64,000 nucleotides of DNA from the NCBI GenBank assembly GCA_963693365.1, contig CAVNZM010000004.1, positions 4,464,064 through 4,528,063 on the forward strand, in the 5' to 3' direction. Positions 29,365 to 48,332 of this stretch are shown here, one piece after another. A program made the translations under genes and the position numbers. Positions within the stretch are counted from its first letter, which is position 1, and each line of letters begins with the position of its first letter. Source of the stretch: Amoebidium appalachense (taxonomy: Eukaryota > Protista > Ichthyosporea). The notes beneath the pieces are model-generated. The model did no database searches. It saw only the letters and a program-made list of their open reading frames with translations, and had not been told where the DNA came from.

Positions 29365-30657
29365 GACGGCCCTCAAAACAAAATGCAGTCCTGCGCCACA
29401 ATGATTTTTTACCAATCAAAAGCTTTTCAGAAAGCAGAAAAAGCAGCAATGTAGATAGTTTTTCATTGGTCAAAACTGAAATCGTTTAGCTATAAAAGGC
29501 TAGTGTCTACTGTGAAGTAAAGGGTGGCAATGGAAACTGAAACAGCGAGTAAACTTGAAGTCCTCATTTTAACCTTAAGATTATTGTACAGCTATTTTTT
29601 TTAAACAAAAATAAACAAAATAGTTTTGAGCTTAATATAATACTTTATTTATTATTAACTGAAAGTGGTATTCTCACAAAGCCCGTTGTTTAGGTTTTGA
29701 TGACGTTAGGAAAATTGTGTCAGTTTGAACGTCATTGGTTTTGTGATTGGCTAACAATGCTGAGCCATCTACATCCTGGAATGTGGTCTTAGCTTTATGC
29801 GTTTGAAAACTTAGATACCCAATGCGACATGTTTAATTGGTTGCTTGAGCATTTACGCTCACTAACTAGCTTTATACTTTAGCATATCATACTATTTATA
29901 TGTCGGCTTTGTTCCCTGGTTGCGTACCCAATCCGTTGGCGCAAAGGTGAGCCTGGTGTCAGCATTTCCATTATGATTTATCGAAAAAACGCTCTCTTTT
30001 TCGTTTTAGAAACTTTTTATAATTATTTATGCGTTCCACTGCTGTTTAAGGTTCATAATGCATTAGAAGATGGAGAGAAGCTAGTGCTCAAACTTTCAGG
30101 AGATAACACGATTTCTGAGACCCAAAAATGGCAGATTCCTTACTTTTTTGCTTTTCATCTATACACCATTTCATTGGTTTAAAAGGTCATACCTTACTTA
30201 TTATTGGTTCATGGTTGTTGTCGCGCGAAAACGCGGCAAAACGTTTAGCCTTCGGATACGATAATTGGTCCTGACTCCACAGGTGACTTGGCCTGCTTTT
30301 TGCGTCGAAGGGAGAAACAACTGAGTTCACAGCCTACACGCCTGTGTTTTCAGAGTTTTCTGTGTGTGACTGTGGGTCCGTGTGTCAGTTTGGAAAATGT
30401 AAGGTTTTTCTGTTTTTTCTGGAGGAAATAAGACGAAGAAGAATCTGCCTTCCTAGCTTTCACAAGCGAAACATCCATCCACACGGTCGGAGCATTTTGT
30501 GTTAGCATAGATGTGTCAAGCTGTTTGCTTCCTTTCTGCCTCACGACATTTCCAAACCGGGAGTTCCCCCTGCTCCCAGAAGTTTTCGGAGTGAATTTTC
30601 CATTTCTGTGTTAGTTGATGGCGATATGCATCCAGTAAAGGCTCTGGGACCGCAGTC

Positions 30658-32438
30658 ATGGTGAGTTTATAGGGCTGTTGGCTGCCCTCTCCCTCCCATG
30701 AATGGATGGGGAACTGCTGTTTGCAAAAGATCCTGTTTTTCTTTTTAAGCTACTTTCTCTGTGGTTGTAGCCTCAGATATCCAGTTGGAAATATAAGATT
30801 AGAAATACTGTCATTAAACATTTAGTTTATTTCTCTAGATCTGAAAGAAGATTCGGATCCACGGTGTATATAGAGCTTTGCCGTGTACAACAGGTTGTTA
30901 CCGGTACCACTTTCGTATGCAAGGGAGTCGAAAGGTCATGAGTATTAAGCATATGCCAGAGACAGCCTAGTGATGCAAATCTTGCAAGCAGGTTGTGATC
31001 AACAACTTCGTAGCTACCGAGGAAGAGCTTGGAGAGAGGGTGGTGGAGGCTGAGCTTGTCAAAGTTCCCCTAGGTATGCTTGACACCCTGTGTTCAAGCC
31101 GAATCTAACCAACTAGCAAGAAACCCGAACGTTTTTTTAGATTTGACCTCTGGAACAGACATTGATTGTCACACTCCTCTGGTTCTTCCGTGCTTTAAAG
31201 ATCTTGAAGATTGAATGGCATGTATTTTTCTTTGGGACTCTTGATCATCTAGTTGAAAATCTTGACTAAATTGCTACTCAACCGCTTCTGTTTGTCAGAT
31301 CTGTTGCTTGTGCTCCCCCTTGTGTGTTGTCTGTGTTCAGCCTCCCCTTCTCGCCCAGCCCCAGCCTTCCATATTCGAACAATATAGCAACAAAGGAGTA
31401 TACAGAAACTTGTCTCCCCCCCCCCCCCCCCCCCCCCCCCCTCCCCTCGTGTACTTCGTGGTCTGTAACACGATTAACCCTCCCCTACCCCCCCCATGCT
31501 CCTTCTAATAGGCACCCACTCTCTTCACGATCCACCGAATATTAGCTGGGTCACACAGCCCCACGTATCTCTCCTCCCCACCTCCCCCCCCCCCCCCCCT
31601 TCCCCCCCCTCCGCCATGGGGACCCTCCCTTGCTCACTCTCCTTGTCCCCACTTTGGAGTGGGAAAGAAGCAAGCCCCCTCCCCCCCCCTCCACTCCCCC
31701 CTCCCCCCCCCCCCCCTCCCCCTCTCTCCTCCTTTTCCTCCTCCTCCCCTGCCTCTCTCCCCGTCTGGGGTTGAGGAATTAAACGCCTCTGAATTAAACT
31801 CTTAATGCGGGTGTTCTGTTTCCAGGAACCGATCTGGTGCAGTTGACCAACCCTGTGGTGTCCCTCGTCAACACCGTCACCCAGGCATGGCAGCGACGGG
31901 GGTCCAAGGACAACGGGGGGGTTCAATACGTCGACCACCATTTTGTTCTCCTGACCACAGACACGCACGTGTACTGTCTGCAAAAGGAGAAGACGGGGAG
32001 CATAGTGTTTACGAGGCATGATGATAGGGAGGGAGCCATGTCGGTGGGGAGGCAGTGTGGGGCAAATCCAAACGGGTCGACAAGGATATTGCAGGTGAGA
32101 AGAGGGATAAGGGAGGGAGCGTGGAGAAGGGAGGGGGGAGGGGAAGCTGGGGAGGGGGGTGGGGAGAGAGGTAAAGGGGGTGGGGTGGGGGGGGGGGGGG
32201 GGAAGCGGGGGGGAGGGGGGAGGTAAAGGCATAGGGAGGGGACAGGGGGGAGAGAGAGACAGAGAGAGGGTGGCCGGTTGGGAGGGAGGGGGGAGAGAGA
32301 GAGAGGGTGGGTGGGAAAGGAGGTGGGGCTGGGGGGTTGGGGAGCAGGAGCCGGGGAGAGGGAGGTTTGGGGGGGGGGGGAGGGGGTGTGGGGGGAAGAG
32401 GGGGGGGGGATGGAGGCAGAGGAGAACTGTGTTGTTGT

Positions 32439-32472
<34 letters not shown>

Positions 32473-34057
32473 GGGGGTGGGGGGGGGGGGGGGGGGGGGG
32501 GAGGGATCTTGTGTGTGCCGGATGCATGAGAGGGCAAGGGGGGTTGATTGGGCGTTTGTGATGGCATAGCTGATTGGTGTCAACGTGTCGGTGTGGGTAT
32601 ATATATATAGATAGTGTGTGTGTGTGTGTGTTGTGTGCTGTGTGTTGAGGGGGATGGACCCGGAGGGGCGGGGGTGGGGAGGGGGGGGAGGGGGCGGGGG
32701 CATGGTAACGACCGGTGGAGATAGGGGAGGCTCTACCCCCCTCACCCCCTCCCCCCGATCTTCCTTCTCCCCCTTCCTCCCCCCCCGCCCCCCCCCAATC
32801 CCGGAACAATGAGGAGGATGGGATGTGTGTGTGTGGGGGGGGGGGGGGGGGGGGGAGGGAGGGGGGGGGGAGGGGGAAGGATGGAGGGGGGAAGAAAGGT
32901 ATGGATGCAGCATACCGAAGTTTGGTTTTGTGCATGATCTGATCTAGTGGTGGTGCAGAGCAAGGCGGGCAAGGCCAGCATCCACACCATCATGTATCTG
33001 GCTGACAAACAGCCCGCATCATACAGCCTCATCACCGACAACTGCCAGGTTGGTTTTTTTTTTTTTGGGGGGGGGGGGGGGGGGTTGTTTTTTTTTTTTG
33101 GGGGGGGGGGGGGGCCGATGGGAGAGGCTTGTGTGTGTAAAGAAGGGTGTGTGTGCGGGGGGAGGCAAGCGAGGTGGGGAAGGGTGTGTGGGGGGGAGGG
33201 GAGGGGGCATTAGCAGGTTTGGAGGTGTTTTTGTTCTGGGTGGGGAGGGTGGGTGGGAGGGGACTGGGGAGGGGGGGGGGGGGGGGGGTTATAAGTTTGG
33301 TGGATTTGTGTTGTTGTTATTGGGGAGTCAGTTAGCAGTGAAGGGATCTTCACGTAGTTCGGGCAGGTAGATGGGTTGGGCCTTAGGCCATTCCCTCCTG
33401 TGAAGTTTGTGAAAATGTGTGAAGCAGCATGGTGCAATGTGGTAAAGGTTGGTCTGCAAGTTGGAAGGCATGTGCGGAGAGTGGAACCCGGGCAGGAGAT
33501 GGTTGTGGTGGAGGGGGAGCGTGTGTGTGTATGTGGGGGGGGGGGGGGAGGGGGGCGGGGAAGAGGGGGGGGGGGGGGGGGGCTGGGGAGGGGGGAGGGG
33601 AAGAGAAGGAAGGGAAGGGGATAGGGAAAACGGCTGTGACAACCGGGCATCTTGGGTGTTAGCTGCAACATAATGCACTGTTACATAGTCCTCCCCTTTC
33701 CCCTCCCCCCCCCCCCTCTCTCTCCCCCCCCCCCCCCCCCCCCCGCCGCCGCCGCCACCGTCTATCCCGTGCTCCAATGGGCTCTGTTCATTACGCATAA
33801 AATCTGCATTGTGGTTACCGTTGCGAATGTATGCTAAGTGTGCTGTAACGTGTTCTAATCCCCCCCTCCCCTTACCCCCTACCCCCCCCCCCCCCCCCCT
33901 ACCCCCAAGAGGGCGCTCCCCAGCCCTACACACACAGGCGCACGCGGGCGCGCGCACACACACACGCAGACACAGACACACACACATACACGCACGCACA
34001 CACACACACACAAACCCGCAGCATTTTGCTCAGGTAATGTTCAACGACATCGTTTAG
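30658..34057 (+). CDS. Small permuted papain-fold protein (PPPDE/DeSI/LRAT-like), 5 coding exons, 159 aa
   Basis: Exons 30658-30660 (ATG only, then gtgagt), 30992-31073, 31826-32094, 32959-33048 and 34022-34057 total 480 nt in frame. His motif VDHHFVLL precedes the Cys motif YSLITDNCQHFAQ, which is split across the last intron. Confidence 0.8.
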
Positions 34058-35663
34058 CACTCTCTCCTGAGGCCAAGAGGCTTGTACAGTGTATGATGGT
34101 TGTTTTAGCCTATGTACATGTTCAACCTTAAAAAAAAAAGCCATCATTGTGTCTTTGTACATTTTTACATTTCATGCTTGTCTACATTTTTACATTTCAT
34201 GCTTGTCATTTAAAAGACACTTGACAGTTTTCAAAAAAAAATTCGAATGTGGCTAACTGCATAAATTCTGTGATTGTCCAGTGTTTTTTCAAAATCTTGA
34301 TGATGCCTTAGATTTCCCGGCCCCTAGGTTACGTGATCTATATTCATATGGTTCTGTAGGTTGAGTTGTTCTCGGATGATGGCAACATTAGAAATTTCCG
34401 GCAATGCAATGAGCAGATATATATCTTGAAAAGAAATTTAAATAACTTCAGTGAAAACTCGTGATGTGAGCGTGTATGTTTCCTTGGCTGCTAAATTAGC
34501 TATGCAAGCTCTGTGTATGACCATTATAGACTTAAGCTAGTTGAATTCCCAGAGGCAAAGCTTCTATCGATGATCGGATTTTGTAATGACGAAACAAGGA
34601 TATCAAGGCCATTTTACTCGAATAGTTTTATACACCAGGCACTACACATGTGCGGCACAAGTTTGGTAACTTTTTGGTTCCCAGGCAACACAGTAGAATC
34701 CAATGGTGCTGCATTTATGGCATGGAATTCATTCTGAGATCTGCGTGTGGCCCATATCCGGCTAACGTGATGGTTCACAGGTGCCGCTAGGTGCAATGCA
34801 CATGTAAGTTGTATATAGTGTGTGTGGCCCTCTGCATGCATGAATTGGTTTAACCTGATGCATGATCAAAATATATACCCGTGATATATGTGAGAAGCGA
34901 GTGCATGCCTAGGTGCATTTTGTATACCCTGTGGGTGAACAACTACATAATAACGTGCACGCGATTGTGTACATGTGCACGTGTGCGTGCAAAAGTACAA
35001 ACTATTATACCAATCGCAGCACACGTGTTGAGATGTGATTCATGTACATGTAACATGCCTGTGGAATGCATAAGCATGCATGTGCAGGCGTTGTATACAC
35101 GCACGTTTACATGCAAGGCACAGAAATTCGCCCGCGCTCGCGGGGAGAGGGGGGGGGGGGGGGGGGATATTCTCCCACTTAAGCTTAAAATGTCGGTTTT
35201 TTTTTGGTTTATAGTTTGACAAGCCACTGAAATCGACACGAGCATTTCACAGGTCGTTTTCTGTATTTTGGGCTGTTCAGCAATTCATGCAGAAGGAGTG
35301 GTTACTAACGACGAGATGATACTTGCCATTTTGAAAAACCGTCACAACATTTACGGAAATTAAATCAATCAATCGTACACCCAGTTATTCAATCTTTCAT
35401 AGACTTCGAGAGAGGTCACTCACACAATCATCATGACACATACACAAAAGCAATATGAACCATTAGAACGTCCTTTGTTCTCCAAGGAGACGGAAAAAAA
35501 AAAGAAAAAGGAGGAAAAAGAAAGAAGGGGCAGGGGTGGTTGGGTGTTGTGGTGGGTGGTGGTGGGGGGAGGGGGGGGGGGGGGGGACAAGTAGTCGGGA
35601 GCGAACCGGCTGCCAAATAACCGCCTTGAGAAAAGGTGCGAGTGTGTGTCTTTTTGTGAGTGC

Positions 35664-35715
<52 letters not shown>

Positions 35716-35890
35716 GTGGTGGGTGCTGTGGAAGTGTGCGTGCATTTTTAGGTGGCCCGTGGCCAGGTCACCCTATGCCAAGGCTTATCCAATCAATCCA
35801 CACCAAGACCATTTTAATGAAATACGAAGGGAACATCATGCACAATTACATCAATACGCCATCTACTTTCGACCAAACAAATCTACCCCT

Positions 35891-40274
<4,384 letters not shown>

Positions 40275-40419
40275 GCCTGTAGAAAAAAGGGGGGGGGGGG
40301 CGGGGGAGGATGGGGGGGGGAGAGGAAGGGGGGAGGGGGAGAAGGGGTGGGGGCGGTAGGGGGAGGAGGAAAGGGGGGGTCCGGAGTTAGAATGAGTTAT
40401 GGGGGGATGGGTGAGGACG

Positions 40420-40453
<34 letters not shown>

Positions 40454-41769
40454 TCGGGGGAGCGGCGGATGGAGAGGTAGAATGTCGTTATGGAGGGGAA
40501 GGGAGAGGGGGGGAGGAGATGCAGGGGGGATGACGGGTGTGTGTGTTTGTGCTAAGGAGAGGAAGGGGGGGGGGGGGAGGGGGTATGTGTTAAATGCTAT
40601 ATCAACATTTCAACATGATGAGGAAGGGGTGTGGTTTAGGTGTCTTTTTTCTTTTTTTTTTGCCGGAAGGGGGGGGGGGGGAGGGGGGGGGGGAGGATAC
40701 TATGACACTTCCAAAAAAAAACCCCAAGGACAAAAGGACTATCCAGTAACGACTCGTATACCCATTTACGAACTGAGACGGAGGAGGGGGGGGGGGGAGG
40801 ACGGAAAGCATGAAACAAAAAGGTGTGAAAGGGGAAACAGCATACAATGCACTGTTGACGAAACATAGCACACACGGAGGGAGGCGAATGGTCCAATTGG
40901 CGTGCCAAAGACAATATGGAAAGAAAAACTGTTCTAAAACAAAGGGAGGGAAAGACGGAGCAAACAAGATGCACACAGTACGAGTCAAAAGGATCAGACC
41001 GTGGATCGTCTAGAGAGGTGTTTTAGAAATACCAAAGGAAAGGGCGTGTATTTGTAACCAACAAGGTGGGGGGACGGGGGGGAGAGAGTTAGTGGGAAGG
41101 GGAGGTAGAAGGGGCCAGGGGAGGGGTCGCGGGGGGCGGGGGGGGGGGGGGGGGGGGGGGGGGTAAAGTGTGTAGGTGCACACACGAACAGGGGAAGAGA
41201 GGTTGAGGACCGTTTGGAAGAAAAAGCACAGGCTGTAAGGACCCGGCCGGAAGGGGGGGGGGGTGGGGGGGGGGGGGATGGGTTAGAGGCTGAAGGGGTC
41301 GGGGTGGCGAGGGGGGGGGGAGGGGAGGGAGGGGGAGAGCGGAGAGGTGGGTGGGTGGGCGGGGGGGCGGGGGGGAGAATCTAGGATATTCAAAAGTGAG
41401 CCGCAGCATAAAGGACGCTGGTAAGACCGTGCAAGGTGTGACCCACGGGAAAACAAACGACAGGAAAAAGATCACAGGCCAGCACAGAGTCACATCGGCA
41501 GGGCACAAAAGCATGCTTCAACGAACACAGAGACTTGAACGTGAAATGAAGGATCACAGATAATAAACTATAATTTGTATGGACGTGTAGATTGACTGCC
41601 TCGGAGGAAACCGGGAAGCCTGGGGTGAATCTAGATGTTGCACGCAGGGTCGGGTGCTAAACAAATCTTGTACTTTGAGACGTTCAAACGAAACAGGGGG
41701 TGAGGGAGTGAGTGGGTAGACAGTCGGGCGGGTGGGCGGGCGGGCGGGCAGGCGGGCGGGCGTGTGTGT

Positions 41770-41817
<48 letters not shown>

Positions 41818-42210
41818 TGGGGGGGGTAGGGGGGGGGGGGGGGGGGGGGGGGTTGGTGGTTAAGTAACGAACAATGGGGTGGTAACCAAGGAAACACTGC
41901 AACCACGTTGGTGCTATATCCCCAACCCCACCTACCGAAGATCAAGGGTAGAGCAGGGGCACCTGCTTGGTGTCACTCTTCTCACCGTTTCTCCCTTGAC
42001 TTAAACCTCCTGCTCTCAGCAATCACCGTTCGGATCACACTACGCATGTAGCAAGCCTTCTATTCTAGCCACTGATGATAACGCATTACTTAGCTCTATC
42101 CTCTCAGCAGGGGCTCTCAGCTGTTTTGTTTTTCCGGGAGCTGAGCCGAAATACCTGCCAAATATGGCAAGTCGAAAATGAATGACGTCTCATCCACTCT
42201 GCCACCGGCC

Positions 42211-42242
<32 letters not shown>

Positions 42243-42440
42243 GAGAGAAGAACGGATGGCGGCTCAATATATGTATGTATGTTGTGTTGAACATGCTTTG
42301 GAGAGTGCACATCATGTGCATCACATTTACGTCTCGAATAATTACGGAAATCACCAGTACACCAGTCCGCCGTATGTAGGCTAAGCTTCATCATTGGCAT
42401 GCATACACATGCGCGCGCGCACACACACAACACACACACA

Positions 42441-42488
<48 letters not shown>

Positions 42489-43607
42489 TACACACACTTA
42501 CGAGCATATCCCGGACTCCGTGTACTAATAACATTGTATGCCCCCAAGTACGTGAGCCTTTCAATGCATGCATATGCGTCTGACGTCTGAGTCATGCACG
42601 TGCGTAACCGAGGGGAAGGCCCCAAGGGAGAGAGGGGTGAGAGGGGTGAGGGTGGGGGATGTGGAGATGTGGGGTGGGGGGGTGGGGGTTGGGGTGGGGT
42701 GGGGGGGGGGGACCAGGGGTTGTGACGGAAAACACGGGCGGATTTTGCCCATGACATAGCACTCACGCGAATATCCATATCATACCGAGTCTATCCTCGA
42801 GGTGGCTACAAAAATTAGTTATCTCATAGTACATAGTATCCGACATTCAACGTAGTCATACGAAACAATCCCAGTTCTAGCATACTACTTCCCCGTGGAA
42901 ATTTGCATGGGGGAGGGGGGGGGGGGGGGTTTGCTGAATGGAAGTAAACCGTCCGGTCCCCTGTCTGAAGTGAAGAAATAAGTCCTAGAGTTGCATAACA
43001 GTTAGGTAAGCAGTTTTGCTTTTATTTTCGATCATCAGCTAAAGGATTTATATATGTGCTCGAAAACCTCCGTACATGTACAAAACAGAACAGTGTCGGG
43101 GAGTTAGAAGCCAGACCTACACTAGATTCTAGATTTTTTTACTGCTGCCTGTACGCGAGGCTGCCGATTTTCGGTATGTTTCATTGTGTATATCATGTGT
43201 CATATATTCACATATATTTATCTCATATTTATATAGTCAGAAGATTAGACGACACGTATCCTCTTAAAACTTTTAACTATCACAACGTGTGGCAGTTCAA
43301 AGTATGAAAACGGAAAAAATATGCAAGCACGACCACGTGCAGGATAAAAAGAAGCACTCAGCACCGTCAGCAGCGCATCTCCAACACCTCACGTCCAAAG
43401 CAAAAACTACCCCCCCACCCCCCCCTCCTAACATCACTCCTCCTCATCCCCCCTTCCCCCCCCCCTTCCCCCCCCCCTCCCCCTAAAACCACCATTCGTC
43501 ACACTAATCCCTCGACCCCCCCCCCCCCCCCCCCCCCCCTCCCTCCCCCTTCACCTTGGCCCAGACCACATTCACTCCTTCATTCACACAAGCTTACTAA
43601 ATGTGTT

Positions 43608-45479
43608 TTACAAAGTAATCGTGTTGTTAAGGTTTCCTGACCCGTCCCGCTCTTGCGGCTTGCTCTGATCAAGCAACCATTCGCCGTTCACAACAAACTT
43701 GTACTGGTATGTGCCGGGAGCAAGAGGCAGCGTGAGGTTGTGTCTGCGGCCGTCCGCTTGCATCTTATGACGTGTCTGCCAGCCGTCAAATGCTCCAACC
43801 AGATACACCTGTTGATTAACGGAGAAAGTGAGTACATAAGAGCATGGTGACGGAAGTTATGGCAATAATTTTTATCAACAACAAAACAAAAGGGTTTGAA
43901 GGTTGAAACCGTTGATTTATGCCTCCGGCACATACATACTATACATCAATGTCATTATACCAGTTACGTCCATGGAACCGAGCCTGCAGCATGGGCAGTA
44001 TATAGGACAAAAAGGGCAGTATATAGGACAAAAAGCAAGTGATATCCACACGCTTCCATGCTTGAGCAGCACGCGGCACACAATAAGGCGTATGAATATG
44101 CCACAGAACTCTGAACCGGAGAGCCCCGTCCAGGGGAGGATAGGGGGGAGGGCCGGGGGGAGGGGAGAGGGTGCGCGCGCACATGTGTGTGTGTGTTTTG
44201 GGGGTGGGGAGGGGGGGAAACAAAAGCTCACCTCAGCACTCTCATCTGTGTCAAACTCGAACGTGTGCATAGCAGGCCCTGCGGGGGTTGCCGCAGTAAC
44301 AGGGGTAGGTGCGGCCGCGATTGGCTCATAGGCCTTAACTACAGGTGTGTCGTGTGCCACCTCAGCGACTACCGGCTCAACCTTTGTTGGTTCCGCAGGG
44401 ACATATGCAACGGGGTGAGGTACGGCAGCCGAAACCTCGGGAGCGGCTACTGGTGTGGCAGCTGCCTGAACCTCCACCTTTGAGTGTGCAGTGACTTCGG
44501 GGACCTGTGATGCTGCGACGGTGGGAACAGGATTGGGCTCGGCCTGTTTGGTGGACTCGGCGGCTTTGGCAACAGCGACGGTTGCACCGGATTCAGGCAT
44601 GTCATCAACCTAAAAATATGGAACAAGAAAGAGGAGATCAGTGGACAAATCATGTGGTTATATATAGCATGTACAGAGCGAAATAGAGTAGTATACACAT
44701 GACAATGTTAGGGTTGTGCTCAATGGCACAGCAAAAAAAAGGCGAGGACGTCATTCTTTGGTAGCCTAGTAAATGGACAGGCACTTGGATGCGTGTGTCA
44801 TAAATAGACAGCCTAATTTTTGAAAATGAGCACCCTGAATATTGAAATGCTGTAAGCACAACCCGATGCAGTATGTCAGTGCAGCATGCGGGGAGGAGAG
44901 AGGTAGGGGCGGATGATGGGGGGGGACAGTGGGACTGCGGCAACTGGAGGGGGGGGGGGGGGGGGGGGTTCCGAAGAGGGGGGAGAGGGGGTGGGGGGGA
45001 GGGACAATCTCGGTGACAAAAAACCGCCTTCACTTCACCAAAGTCCTCTTGGAATGCGTGAATCTATCCACCCAAGACACCCTATAGGATGCAACCGTCG
45101 CAGACTAATCACCGTGATTCCGGAGAGCTTGTGCAAGGCTAACAGGAACCAGCATATCCACATTCAATCGCAATCGTGCACGCATGTTTGTTCCCATTGG
45201 CGCAACTAAACGTCCAGTACTTTTTAAGGTATAAAAATGTTATTAAGCCGGCATTCAACCTTTCAAACCAGAAAACTCACTGCTGTATGTACGGTTATGC
45301 ATAAGTTGAAATGATATGTTGCTTGCAACTGCTCTGCACTGCAATTGTGTGGGGTGCACAGTGCACTGTACCTTGGTCTGAACGGGTGCCACATCTGTTT
45401 TGACCTTCTGATCGGTCTTGTTTTTCTTACCGGATATTTTCAGCGACATCCGGCGCATAATCTCCTTCACCTTACCCAT
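43608..45479 (-). CDS. Protein with C-terminal CBM48 (AMPK-beta-type glycogen-binding) domain, 3 exons, 228 aa
   Basis: Exons 45479-45372, 44609-44232 and 43808-43608 total 687 nt in frame. Basic N-terminus, Ala/Pro/Val/Glu-rich linker, then VYLVGAFDGW...LAPGTYQYKFVVNGEW...DGSGNLNN. Confidence 0.9.
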
Positions 45480-46657
45480 TTTTGCGAGCTACCAAATAAA
45501 CTACACAAACTAAGTAACTTTGTTACGCAGTGAAACGTTACAACAACTAGCATGTAATCCTGAGCGAGACGTTGGTCAAAGTCAACTTTGGATTTTATGG
45601 AGTCATGAGTACCGGTCAATGGAATCTAAGGGCCTTTTCGGAAGCATGACTATGTCACTATGTCTCAAGGCAAATGACAGTAGCGTTATTTAAACATCCG
45701 ATTGGGTACATAAAATTACTTAAAACTTTAAGTTTGAAGAGATCTATTGAGCTCTAGAGCCCTCGTGATATCTAGAGTTTGTTATTCATGTATTCTCTCC
45801 AGGCTTTTTAGCTTCCTTGCGTTTTTATAGATAGCCATTTTACTTCTATTACGTGAGCAGACAAATAAAATCATACAAATTCATTAGAGCTTTTCTCTAT
45901 TTACTGATACATATCCAGGGATATTTTAAATTTGCTATATGTCACCCCGGCATTTGCACTCTTCGCATAAAAACGCACCCTGTAGCTGATTTCAAATACA
46001 GAACAAAGTAAATGAGTCATTATTGAAAAGTCCAAATATCTACAACACAATTATGTATATGTGCGTGTAAAGTTGCAACTCTTGCAAGCTACTGGAAATG
46101 TTGCAACTTTTCAACAGCTGATATGAGAAATATTCTTGATATTGCCAAAATGGAGTCCCGGACATGCCTAGATGTCCTACACGTCAAGCTGTTGGATGCA
46201 TATCATAGTGGAATGTTGCCTGTTTTTAGAATTCACGTGATTGGTTCAACAAGCCGTTCATCAGTAGCCTTAACGCGAAATGATTGGCGGTCGACCTGGA
46301 ATCTCCCAAACAGCACGTGAATGGAGCCATAAGTGATTTCGAGGTATATGTTTGTCTATCATATCCAAATTCCGAGTCTTCACACAGATTCAAAAGCTGT
46401 TATGAACTATATTTGACTGTATACTAATTCATTTATCTAAGGAAAATACTCCATTTTTCTCTATTGGCGACGGCTGCATCCTTGGACACGGATGGGCCAC
46501 GCCAGTTTTTATTGAGATACCTAATCGAGATTACGTTACCCACGATGCGCGCTCATCCAATTGTCACCGTTGAGCTCACAAAATGAAACATCAACATTGA
46601 TGTTGCCGTTTACAACGCGTTACTAACACGTACTGACATGTTGCCGCACGTGCGACG

Positions 46658-46688
<31 letters not shown>

Positions 46689-47189
46689 AAAAGAAAAAGA
46701 AAAGAAAAGAAAAGGAAAAAGGAGACACCGCCTCAGTAGGTGGTAGAACGCGTTACCACTCGGCGGCTGAAATTTTCACGTGTTTACGTTTACGGTAAGG
46801 TGCCATCATTCACCTCGCGTATCTCCTCGCGTAAGTCACATGTTGGTGGGTGCTGAAGTGTAGTGACCGGGCTGTGTTTTGTTGGTGTGGTTGGTTACTA
46901 TGGCAAACTGGCTTTGGAAGCTTGGACACACGGAGCAACATTGCTGTGGTTTGTGCAAGCCCGTGCTTTATCCATCTTTGACAAGCTTTTGTTAATCGGC
47001 ATGGCTTTCCTTGCGAACGAAGCTTTGTTCTGAGATGTACTTGACGAAAACAAAAAGTGCTCAATGAATTCGCGCGTACGAAAGTAGTAGGTCCCCCCCC
47101 CCCCCCCCCCCCCTCTCTACCTACTTTCCCACCCCCTTCAGCCATCCCAACTGCAGTCCTCACAGCCCCTTCTCCCCCGCTCTGCCGCT

Positions 47190-47224
<35 letters not shown>

Positions 47225-47832
47225 TTTCGGGGACAAACGCACACACACACACACCACTCCGCGCCCCCCTCTTTTTCCTAGCCTTTTCCTTCCCTTACTC
47301 CTTTTCCTAAAAAGTACAGTCACAACAAAAAAAATGCACAGACGGGAGGAGTGTAGTGATAAGTGTATTAGGAAAAGCTAGTGATCCAGAGAAATGAGCA
47401 TACGAGCTCTGTAGGGAACGGTCAGGCCCGGATGGATTGAAACACCCGCGCACACACGCACACGGATACACACACACGCACACGAACACACGCACACACA
47501 CGCACGTGCACACACACACACACACACACAGACACGTACGCAAGCACATGCGCAAACAGACAAATACACATGTGCGTACACGGACACACACACACGAATG
47601 GGCATGAGACTGCCGTCCGCCTTATGTTTTTGTCTCTTTAGTCTTTTTCTTTAGATTTTCTTTTTGTCTGCCCCTTTCTCCCTCTCCGTCTCTCCCTTCC
47701 TCCCTCCCTCCCTCCCTCCCTCCCTCCCTCCCTCCCTCCCTCCCTCCCTCCCTCCCTCCCTAGCTCCCTCCCTCCCTCTCTACCCCCACCCACCCTCCAA
47801 CCCCATCCACCCTCCATCCCCACCCACCCTCC

Positions 47833-47873
<41 letters not shown>

Positions 47874-48281
47874 CCCCCCCCCCCCTCCCCCTCTCCCTCT
47901 CCCTCCCTCCCTCTCTCTCCCTCTCCCTCTCTCCCCTTTCCTCCCCCGAGGCTGCCTCATTCTTCTATGCTCTGAAGCCCCCCCCCTCCCCCCCCCCTCC
48001 CCCAAGCCCTCCACTCCCGGCCCTCCTCCCTCCCCCCCCCCCCCCCCCCCCCCCCCGCCCCCCCTTCCCCCCGGAGTCGAGTCCCATTTACTCGTGGAAC
48101 CCCCTTCGCCCTTTCCGCCTACATATCTCCACCTCTTGTGTCCCTTCCCCCCCTCCATTCTTTCCCCTCACTCTCTCCCCTCCAGCCCTCCCCTTCCCCC
48201 CCTCTCCTCCCGCCCCTCCCACCCCCCAAAATCACAACCACCACAAACACATACACACACAAACACACACACTCACACTCA

Positions 48282-48332
<51 letters not shown>

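Noticed and set aside
34158-34207. Short tandem duplications (25 bp here; 21 bp at ~43993-44034)
   Set aside because: Ordinary slippage products in non-coding DNA with no further signal.
41575-41635. SINE-like motif ggaggaaaccgg
   Set aside because: Short, weak resemblance only; no A/B boxes, tail or second copy.
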